Made by a program: the position numbers and the translations under genes. Source: Rhizophagus irregularis (lineage: Eukaryota). From it: 64,000 nucleotides of DNA. Positions 28,546 through 39,693 of this stretch are shown here, piece after piece. The stretch's first letter is position 1. The number at the start of each line of letters is the position of its first letter. Below the pieces are notes generated by a model. That model saw only the letters and a list, made by a program, of their open reading frames with translations, was not told the origin of the DNA and did not search any database. Where the stretch lies: NCBI RefSeq assembly GCF_026210795.1, contig NC_089434.1, positions 2,852,001-2,916,000 of the forward strand, in the 5' to 3' direction.

Positions 28546-29144
28546 AAATAACAGAGTAAAATTTAGATGAGAACATTCTTTAGTATTCCCCCCTTTTTTT
28601 CTTATATAAATACGATTTATTATAGACCTTTTGTTTTTTATAAAAAGAAATAGATTAATTTTTGCTTCAGTTTATTAATTGCATTTTGAAGTTTCATCTC
28701 ATACAGTTACACAATAGCTATACAATAGTTTGCAATCAAAGGGTAACACGAAAACCCAATAATGATAAGCATATCATAGAACAAAGAAAAACATCTATAA
28801 AGAAGATCTTTATAATTGATCAAATGATCAATAACATCAACTGATCTAAGTTAGATCAGCATGACATCTCGAAACAATTAGCATATTATGGGAACTACGT
28901 AATTATCGAGTTTATAACGGATTAAGTTAAGAATTTTTAGAGGGCGGAAATGTACAGAACATATAGAATTTTTCAAAGAAAATTATTTTCTATAATAAAA
29001 ACCGATACTTTAGCCATAGATAAAAATAATACTATATTAGGATTGTTGAACGGTTTCACAAATTTTTGCAGTAGATTTAAATAGCACTCAATTTCTTTTT
29101 TCATTTCTTTTTTAATTTTTAATTCCTAATTTTTTGAGAAAAAA

Positions 29145-29711
29145 ATGGGCGACTCTGGTACTGATGTAGGTACTTCGAACCCTGAACCACCACCGCCAAA
29201 TACGCCTCCTCCCAACGCAGACACAAAAAATAGTCGTGAAGTAACTGAAGTAACTAGAGTAATTGAAGGTTACGATGGAGGTGCTAACGAACGTACTCCT
29301 TTAATTAACGAACAACCGAAGCCTATAAACAATTTCTTGCCAGGACAAAATAGAACAATAATACATAAGAATAAATTACGTGATAGCCCTAATCGTGTCA
29401 TTTGTCCTCGTTGTTCGAAGACTGTCGATACTAAACTTGAACGTAACCCCCCTAATTGGACTAGTTGTTGTAATTCTAATTGTTCTTGGCATTGTTGTAT
29501 ATGCTATTCATTCTGTTGGTTTATACCTAACTGTGTAAGTATTTAAAAATTATCTTGAATTAAAATTTTGTTTTGTATTAGTTTAACTAATTTTTTTTTT
29601 TACAATTTATTATTTAATATATAGATTGGTAAATCGGTAGATTTTGTTCATTATTGTCCAGAATGTGACGGTAAAATTGCAAGATATACAAAATTCGATA
29701 GCTGTTGTTAG
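29145..29711 (+). CDS. LITAF-domain protein copy 1; exons 29145-29534, 29625-29711
   Basis: CPRC, a Cys-rich hydrophobic segment, then VHYCPEC; proline-rich N-terminus and ERTPLI motif. Confidence 0.85.
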
Positions 29712-29987
29712 AATGTATTTTAGAATGAAATTTAGAATGAAGTATATAAAAAAATAATGTTCTTTCATGTATAATATACACCAATCATTAATTCTGTAAC
29801 GTCACAAGTTATTGATTATTTTTTATCTTATCTGTTATAAAATGCCCCATTAATTCTATATTCGGTTTCGAATGAATTTTTAAATGGTTTGGCGCTTTTA
29901 TAGATAAATATTATATAAATAGGTTGGTAATTGATAAAAAAAAATTAAAATTAAAAATAAAATAAAAATTGAAAGGAATTTAATAAA

Positions 29988-30293
29988 ATGGCCAATCGTG
30001 ATGCTTACGATAGAGGAGTTACCGAACGTTCTCCTTTAATTGACCAACAACCACGTCCTATAAACAATTTTCGAACGATATGGAATAATAATCCAGTACC
30101 TAGAAATACTAATACTTGTGATGCTGGTAAAATTTGTGAAGTATGTGTTGAATGCTGTTTCTTATTGCTTTGTACGTTTATTGTAAGTATTTAAAAATTA
30201 TAATTTTTACATATTTTGTATTAAATTATTAAATATAACTAACTATTACTCTACAATTTACTTTACAATTAGACTGGTGGTAATACGATGTAA
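29988..30293 (+). CDS. Reduced LITAF-derived gene lacking both CPxC knuckles; exons 29988-30182, 30273-30293
   Basis: NRDAYDRGVTERSPLIDQQPRPINNF matches copies 1 and 3; same intron position; exon 2 is only TGGNTM*. Confidence 0.6.
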
Positions 30294-30412
30294 TTGTAAT
30301 TTCAACTTGTTCATTTGTCAATATGATGGAATTTCTTTTTTATAAAATAAAATGCTCAAATAAATTCTATATTGGTTTGAATGATTTTTAAAATGGGTTG
30401 AATTTAATAAAA

Positions 30413-30564
30413 ATGACAAATCGTGATGTCTGCTTGTATGAATGTGTAATTTTTGTTGTAAGTGTTTAAAAGCTAACTATAACATTTTATAATTTTACAT
30501 ATTTTTTTTGTGTTAAATATAACTATTAACTTGTCAGGATATGTCCAAGAGAAAGTTTATTTAA
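30413..30564 (+). pseudogene. Miniature LITAF-array remnant (MTNRDVCLYECVIFV + intron)
   Basis: Shares the upstream gaatttaataaaa(a)tg context, the aatcgtgat start, the GTAAGT donor and intron sequence with the 29988 gene. Confidence 0.5.
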
Positions 30565-30955
30565 ATAATTAAATTGTAGAAATTTTCTTTCTTTCTTTAT
30601 TATAAAAGTATGAATTGATGAATCAAATGCCCATTAATTCTATATTTGGTAAAGTCAGTTTTGTTCAAATGATTTTTTAAATGGTACTATATCTAATAAT
30701 TTTTTGAAAAATATTCTTATTAAATGGACGCCCTTTAGTCTCCAAAGATTATCTATAAATTTTATTGTAATTTTCAATTTGTTTAGATTTTCTTATCTTT
30801 CATGTATAAAGTGTGTCATTAATTCTATATTTGGTTAATGCTTTATTTAATATGGTTTAATGTTTTTTACAAATATATATATAAATGGTTTGATAAAACA
30901 ACTATAAAAAAATCCCCTTTTTGAATTTTATCAAAAAGAAAGGAATTTAATCAAG

Positions 30956-31432
30956 ATGACAGAAGATAATAATGCATCGTTCCCAGAACCACCACCACCA
31001 AGTACACTAACAACTAATTCAACTACAAGTACTAATCGTGAAGTTTACGATGGAGGTCCTAATGAACGTACTCCTTTAAACCAACAACCAAAACCCATAA
31101 ATAATTTCCAAGCGACAGGACAAAATAATCCACCTGGACGTGATACACCTAATTGGACTAAATGTCCTAATTGTTCACAGAGTGATTATAGTAGGATTAA
31201 ATATAGTAGTCCTCCTAGTTGCTCTTGTTGGTGTTGTTTGTGTAACTCTATCTATTGTTTTATTCCAATCTGTGTAAGTACTTAAAGATTATTCATGAAA
31301 TTTATTTTATATTAAACTTAACTCTCACTCTCCACAATTTTGTAGACTGGTGGTTCGAAAGATATTATTCATACTTGTCCTCGTTGTTCTTATGAAATTG
31401 AAAGATATACGAGATATGGCGGTATCTGTTAA
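30956..31432 (+). CDS. LITAF-domain protein copy 3; exons 30956-31273, 31346-31432
   Basis: CPNC ... CSCWCCLC ... FIPIC / IHTCPRC. Confidence 0.85.
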
Positions 31433-31717
31433 AGATAATCAGCCGAAATTATTTATTATTTCTATAAATTGATTTTATTATTTTATGTTATGTTATAAAT
31501 GAATTTATTCATTTTTAGAATTTTTGAACAATATAATTTTCACGTTCCTTTATGTATAAAATGCGCCAAATAGATCTATATTCGTTCAGTTGCAGTTTTA
31601 TTTGAATGATTCTAAAATCGGTTAACGTGTCACATATAAAATCTCAAACTTTTCTTTGATAAATAATAAACGTTTTGAATCTTTAAAAAAAAAAATAAAA
31701 AAAATAAATTTAATAAA

Positions 31718-32392
31718 ATGACAAATAATTCTGATACAAAATCAAATACATCTAGAGATATTTTACAGAATAATGATTCAATAAATCAAGAACCACCACC
31801 ACCATATACATCACTTGAACAAGAAGAAGGTGGTGCTTCAAATTCTTCTCGTGCAATATTTTACGGAGGCGCTACAGAACAAACTTACCTTCTCTCAAAT
31901 AATATTACTTCATATAATTTGTCAAAACAACCAATCATTAAAAAGATTCAAAGGAATGTTTATTTACCTACTCCAAATTTATCATACACTCCTCCCGTAG
32001 GATATTATCAACAACCTGAAACAATCGCATTTAGAACAACGGCGATACCTTTAGCAAAAGCAAATTTAAGTACTATGCCAGCTATTACTACTTGTCCTCA
32101 TTGTAATAATATTGTATTAAGTTATATTGAATATAAAAATGGTAGTTGTACTTGGTTGTCTTGTTTTATATTAAGTCATATGCTTGTTGCTGCATGTTTT
32201 ATTCCATTTTGTGTAAGTAATTTTTTTTAAATTTATATTGTTATATTATTTATTTACTTATATTCATTTATTATCTTTTATTTATAGGTTAATGATTTAA
32301 AAGATGTTGTTCATTATTGTCCTAATTGTAATAAAATCATGGCAATATATTCAAGATTGAATGATAGGGCATATAATTATAGTTATACATGA
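31718..32392 (+). CDS. LITAF-domain protein copy 4; exons 31718-32212, 32288-32392
   Basis: PPPPY motif, PAITTCPHC, GSCTWL, CFIPFC / KDVVHYCPNC. Confidence 0.92.
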
Positions 32393-33540
32393 AATAAAAA
32401 TGTTAAAACATTAAGATCATTATTTATAAAAATATCACTGAGATTAAAATATCATGATTCGCGAAAAATACGACTCGATTTTCTTTAAGTTACACTTTTT
32501 TCAGGTAATTTACCATTATTATTATAACAGGATAAGTTTAGAATTTTTCTTTTGTAACTTAATGGGGGAGATCGTGAATACCAATAATAAAAGAGACTTT
32601 CTGATGCGTATACCAAATTTTTATCGACTCAACAGAAAAAGTTTTCGGGTTCCAATGATTTTTTTTTTGGTTTAATTTGTAGGAAACAAGAGGTTATAAT
32701 TATCAAACCAATCAGTACCACCGTTGCCATTTATATTCATTTAAAGAAACGAAAATTGTTTACTTTAATTACAGTATATACTCTCATGGACTGTTGAAAA
32801 CTAGGAGGAAAGTAAATCAGAAACTATCTTCAGAATACTAATAAAAGAGGACTGACCAAAACATTTAAGTCTCTCTCGCATGTCAAGAATAGAAACTATG
32901 AAGGGAAGTGATATATTTAATGATTTCTAATGAAAACATATAAAAACATTGTTGGTTAGTTATTAATTTGGTTGAGAAAAAGAATGATTCATTATTTTTT
33001 CATTAAGTAAGAAAATTTAATTATTTCCAGATAGAATTTCTATTTGAACTTTATTTATTGATTTTTATAATTTCGTAATTATTTGCCTAGATGAGGGTTT
33101 TGGGGCAATTCATTATCTAAACTAACCAGTTATGTTATCAGAGGGAAGATTACTCATAATTTGAAGTAATACGTAGTTATAACACTTTTCCCCTTAGAAT
33201 TGTTATAACAACAGAAAGCGAAAGAGCAGTGAAATAAAAAACAATAGGGCATCCCTCGCCAACATTAAAAAGTGCATTATAAATAATAAAAAATACACTT
33301 ACGGTACTAAATAATTACGGAATACATTTCCTTGATCAATAGAAAAAATGATGGTGATCACGTTTAATCGATTTTGAGACGAATCCATAAGCGTTCAGCA
33401 TGTGACGTTAAAATTGAATCTCGGTAACACTTGATGATCGTCAAGAAAACGTAAATTAAAATTTTTCCGAGTTAAAATTAATTAAAAATAAGTATATAAG
33501 GCCTTTGTCACAAACTCAGTCTCATAAATAAAAATTCAAA

Positions 33541-34144
33541 ATGTCAAGCAATATTGATACGAAATCTAATACAGTTGAAGATAGCTCAAAACCACCAGTC
33601 GAACAACCACCACCACCATATTCTGGTGGTAGCGATGGAAGTACTTCTATCACTGCTACAGAACAAACTCAACTTCTCCCAAGCCGAACAGTTACAACAT
33701 ATACTTCTCCATACTCACCAACACAAAATTTAACTTATCCTCCGATTAACAATAATGATAGATCGTATTATCAACACGATCAAACCGTTATCTTATCGTC
33801 ACCCGTAGTACCTTTATCTGCTCTACGTACTATGCCTGCATTGACTATTTGTCCTCATTGTCAACGTTCTGTATTAAGTACTGTTCGATATGAAAGTGGT
33901 GGATGTACTTGGTTGTGTTGTGTTGCATTATCCTTTTTTACTCCTTTATGTTTTATTCCATTCTGTGTAAGTATATTTCCATTCAAGCTGACAATATTAA
34001 AAAGGTTTTCTAAGTTTCGTTCTGCTTCTTTGACTATTATAGGTTACCGATTTTAAAGACGCTATTCATAGGTGTCCTAACTGTGAGAAAATTATGGCAA
34101 AATATTGTAGATTTGATGGTAATGTTTATCAACATAGAGGTTAA
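33541..34144 (+). CDS. LITAF-domain protein copy 5; exons 33541-33966, 34043-34144
   Basis: PPPPY motif, PALTICPHC, GGCTWL, CFIPFC / KDAIHRCPNC. Confidence 0.92.
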
Positions 34145-34372
34145 ATTTATTTTATCACCTTGGTGTCTATGAATTATTCATTGTAAGTCTCTAATTTGCA
34201 AATTGTCGGTACCATGATGATAAAACAGTTATTTATTCAAAAGTTATTTTGCTATTGATAGTATCTTTACTTTATATTTATTATTTATTAATTTATATTA
34301 TATTTATTACATGCGAATAATTTATTTAATAAAATTTGATTCAATTTTCAAATTATTTCTTAAAATGGACAT

Positions 34373-36110
34373 CTAAGTTTTAACATATTTACCACTCCAA
34401 TCATGCCAAACTTCTTCGACGGTTTTAGCTTTAGTTTCTGGTAAAATACGATTGCCAATAATATAAGCTACGAATAAATATGTAGCAAATATATAAAAAA
34501 CTTTACCTCCCAAAATTTCCCTAACTTCCAAAAATAATGAACTAACTAAGAAATTACATATCCAATTAATAGATAATCCTAAACTAGATGCGGTTGCCAC
34601 AGAATGGGTATCAACTATTTCAGGTATAATTAAAAATGGTATAGGTCCTAAACCAATAGCAAATGTAGCTACAAATCCAATTATTGATAGTGATGATAAT
34701 AATGCTAAATCATATGTTATACTAAATGCTAATACAGCTGATGCTAGACTCATTAATGACATAGAATATAACAATAATGTTCTTCTACCTGATTTATCTA
34801 TTAAATATGCCGATACTACTGTCATTATGGCATTCATAATACTAATATATACTGTAATTAAATCACTTGACGTTGGTAATATTTTTTTTAATATTGTTGT
34901 AGAATAATTCATTACCGCATTAATCCCAGAAAATTGTTGTGTAATTTGTAATAATAATAAAACTTTTAACGCTGGTCTATAATGTAAACTACCAATAAAT
35001 TTCCAAATATTAATATCATCCCTACTTGAATTCCTTGCATGGAATACCACGGCTGGTTCTGGTGTAGTAGAAATACTTTCCTCGATATTGTCTTGCGATG
35101 ATGATGGTAATGATTGTTGCTGTTGTAGATTTTCATTTTGTTGATTATCAATTAATCCTTCTAGCCCTTCTTCTGCTGCAATTTGTTTCCATCCCCCAAT
35201 TTCTTCTTCTACTTCAGTTTTACCTCTTAATTTTTGTAAAGCTCTCTTAGCTGATTGATATCCTCCTGTTCTTGATGCAAGATATTTTGGTGATTCTACC
35301 GAAAATCCAAGAAGAATGAATTGTATAATTGACATGGCTGATGCAGATAATAATATAATTCTCCATCCTGGCACATTTGACAAATATAATCCTTGTATTT
35401 GTGAAAACAATATACCAATTACAATTCCAAGCTGATTCATCACACCTTGAATTGGAAGTTATAGAATTGTAAATATTTTAAAAATAATATTATTTATGTA
35501 TAATATATTACACATACCAAAAGCACCGCGATATTCTGCAGGTGATATTTCGGCAAGATACATCGGAACGACTACACTGGTCTATTAATAAGATTTTTTT
35601 TTTTAGTGTGCATATATTACAATAAATACATCTGTTGATTAACTACACTTACCACACCACAACCGATACCGACAATCATTCTACCAATAACTAATGCGGA
35701 ATAAGAATTAGCGAATCCCATTACAATAGGTCCAATAAATAAAAATAAATTATTGCACAATAAAGTCCATCTTCTTCCTTTAGTATCAGCGACGCGTGAA
35801 GAAAGTAATGATCCTATCAATCCACCTAAATTAAGAATTGATGTTAACAATCCAAATTCTCCCTCGTTCATTGGAATACATCGTATAAGAGAACTATCAT
35901 CATTTGGAGTCGGTAGATTTTCACATGATATTACACTTTTAGGCGTATTAAGTTCTCCAATCTATTTTTAAATAACAAAAATTATTTCTTTAAACAAAAA
36001 TGATTAAAATATTGATAACATGAAAAGATGAATACATGATATCCAAATTGAAATGAGCCTAAAACAATCGCAAAGGATACAGCGATTAAATAAAATGTGA
36101 GTTCTCCCAT
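34373..36110 (-). CDS. MFS sugar porter (GLUT-like; resembles the vacuolar Vps73/YBR241C type), 4 exons
   Basis: GSFQFGYH/IGELNTP, DTKGRR, PMYLAEISP, ESPKYL, QQFSGINAV, DKSGRR, GLGPIP and PETK motifs. Confidence 0.93.
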
Positions 36111-37430
36111 GATTTTAGTAAATTAGAAAATTAAAATTAGATATTACGGTAGTAATATTTAATTAATACTTGTTCATATACAATTTATTTAGGACACAAA
36201 TTTTGTGCAACATCTGCAACATCTGAACGAGCCTGCGCTTTACGCTTATTTAATACGCTACGTATGATATAAAAAAGAATTTCTTTAATTTACACTGGGT
36301 ATTTATACATGTATCACATGACATTTAAAAAAAATTATGTAAAAAAATTTAATAAATATATTAAAATATATTTAATTAATTTTATTGTAATAGTTTTAGT
36401 TCTACCACTCTTTTAGTAATAATATAAAATAAATAAATAAATAAATATTTAATTAATTTTAAAAGAAACATATAGTATGGGTATTTTTGTCTGTTCTGTA
36501 AGTTTACTTGAAGTTTTTTTGCTAAATTTAATTCTGCCCAACATTAAATAATTAGCATAGAAAACTTACTTCTTTGGAAACTCATGCTTGGAAACCTAAA
36601 AAAATATATTTAACATAGTACTCTTCAAAGTATAGACTGAATATTTTTAATAAAGTTTAATATTATTATATACCTTCCAATACTCTATTTCCTTCTCTAA
36701 TAAATTGGTTTATATATTATCTTGCTTCTCCTAATGCTATTGGCCATTGTTCATTATGTTTTAAGATTTTTCTTTTTTCCAAGTCATATATGCTATTCTA
36801 CTGCTATTCTCTTTCTGTAAAGTTAAAATTTTGTTTATATACAATGTATTGATGTGCAGTCTTATTTTTTTATCCCTTTGATATATTTCCACTTTACTAC
36901 TGTTTTACAATGTAGTTGCCAGATGATATTGTAAAATTCATTAACAAATATTTTTAAAAAAAGAACTGCAATAGTTAATACTATTCTTTTTAACTTAACA
37001 ATAGTTTTGAGTTCTCTATATTTCCTTTTGAAAAGAAACTTCTTAATATTAAATGGATATAAAAAATAAATAAATCAAAATTAACATCAATTGTATGGGT
37101 AAAAAAATTTTTATTTCATGAAAATAGTTATTATATATCTTCTTACTTAACTTAATTTAAGTATGTTTTTCTTATAATAAAAATTTTTTGAATATTTAAT
37201 TACATTTACATATAATATTATTGATTATAATTGTCCATTTATTTTTAAACTATCATATATTCATCATCTTCATTTTCTTCAAAATAAGATCTATACTTTA
37301 CATTTCTATATAAGTCATATTTTTTTTTTTCATAATTTCTAATATTGAAAGCAAATAATTTAAGAATTTTAAATATTTAATAAATCTGTTATTTATTAGT
37401 GATATTGTGTAATTAAATTCTGTATTTTAC

Positions 37431-38609
37431 AGCGCATAGTGTTTGTGATTATAATAAGGAAGCAGATAAGGTCGCTAAATCTGATGCTGAGAAAAATAAT
37501 GTATTAATAATAGAGGATAAATTGTTATTACACAATGATATGGTTTGTTGGAGAGATATGCCTATAGAACGTAATTCCATTTTTATGATAAAGGGAATAA
37601 AGGACACTCAATTTATAGAAGAATTTCTAATGCTACACCGTAATAAAGTTTATAGACAATCAGATCTATTAAGGTTGATATATTTTTAAAGTTAAATAAC
37701 ATAAATCAATATGATACATTGTTTGAGGATCATTATTTACAATCATTTAGGATTAAAATTTGTTGTAATAAATTACCAACTTGTGCTAATTTAAAAAAGC
37801 GTAAGCCAGATCTATATGATGAAGATTGGAGATGTAATTTTTGTAAAATAGAAGAAGAAACGCTTTGATCATTTTGGAAATGTAGTAAGATTGAAAATGT
37901 TGTGCAAGATATCTTTCGAAACGATTAAAAATTTTTTAGCTAAAATTATACGGGGAGTATTCAAGAGATGATATAGATACACAAGAATTAAAAGGTAAAA
38001 TTAATGAACTTGGTATGTGGGATATTGGATGCTTATATGATTTTACATTTTTAATGAAGAATCAAGTCAGTTGTCAGTTAATAGAATTATTAAGGTGCTA
38101 TAAAATAACTGAAGAAAAATTGTTATATAAGGTACTGAAACAAATAACTGGGAGAGTTTTATTAGAATTCAAAGTGCTTATTTGAGAACCAAAAAACGAG
38201 TTACAAATAAAAGAAGAAAAGCAGTGCAGTATTAGCGGTAAAGATAAAAAAGCTAAGTCACATAGTAAACGCACTGAAATGGGTGTTAAAGATGTTGACT
38301 GTAATATGTTAGAAAGTAATTGGAATAAATGGAATGATTTGGCATTCTATCGAGGTGGCCATTGGGCAAATTTTTAGGTAGATCATAATAGTCACCTTTG
38401 AATTTAAGGTCGCATCATGGTTTTTAACAATGATGTAATCGTTTAGGTAACAGGTCAACTTGTTCTTTATAAAAAGTAGTTTTATTTCATAATGCTTAAT
38501 TCTTATATGTATTTGTTTATCTTATATTTTGTAAGTTTATATATGTAAGTAAGCGTGATTATAATAGAACATGATCGCATCTATAATAAAGTTTAAAAAA
38601 AAAAAAAAA
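37431..38609 (+). mobile_element. 5'-truncated, decayed LINE (end of RNase H, zinc-binding region, 3' UTR, poly-A)
   Basis: 16-bp TSD aaattctgtattttac at 37415-37430 and 38610-38625; poly-A tail after aataaa; translation AHS...NKEADKVAK and KLPTCANLKKRKPDLYDEDWRCNFC. Confidence 0.9.
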
Positions 38610-39693
38610 AAATTCTGTATTTTACTTAAATATTGTTTAAGTGATTTCTTCTTCTATTATATCAGTTATATTTGAAAATATTGATCTATATATATAGTTA
38701 AAAAAGATTATTTATAAATTTTCTGATATACCTATTAACTCTTTTACTATTTCAGTAAATGTTATATATTAGTAGATCCTTTTATTATAAATCTTTAATT
38801 TCAATATAAGTTAATTTCTTTATATTGTTTTTTGCTATTTACTTTCTTATTTTCTTTGAATTTTAAATGACCAATAACTTTTACTAATTTTATTTTTTAA
38901 CTGTTTTTACTATTAATAAGATTATTTATACTACTGATTATATTGTAATTATTGCATTTGCACCATATTATGTTTTATTTTTATCATTTGTAAGATTTGT
39001 TTTTATACACAAACTTACAATAAATTACTGGATTTCTTTAAAAATGTTTAGTAATTTTCATATTACATGAAAGTTTATAAATTTCTGATAAAATTATTCA
39101 AATTTTTTTTATTTGAAAGCTAGTCCATTGTAGATTTTAAATTTTAAATAAAAAAGAGATATTTTATAATATGGAAAAAATTGTTTAATTGTTAATTATG
39201 AGTTATGACAGCTTTTTAAAATTATTTTTATATATTTGTTTATATATAGATAGGTTTTAAAATATCAAATATATAACATTTTTAATTGCATTTTTAAAAA
39301 TTACAATTGATTAACTTTCAAATAACAAAAAATTTATTAAAATCTATTAAAAATTGACAGATTTTTGTATATCTAGAAGAATGCTAATTTTAATAAAAAT
39401 TACTAATAAATTTGAAAATAATAGTAAAATATAGTAAAATAGGCATTTTTTAAGATATATATAACTAAGTTTATCAAATTTTAATAGATTATAATAATTA
39501 TTTTTTTTATTTAAAAGATAATCAATTGTAATTGTTAAAAATGCAAATAAAAATAGTTGATATATTTGAAATTTTAAAAATTATCTATATACAAATAAAT
39601 ATATAAATAACCTCAAAAAGTATCATATTTTATAATCAGATAATTTTTTTAGTCTGGAGTGTAGTAAAGGACTCTATATGTTCTAGCTGTAGT

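Noticed and set aside
36480..37400. Decayed minus-strand coding-like remnant around the LINE insertion
   Set aside because: No continuous frame or recognisable motif.
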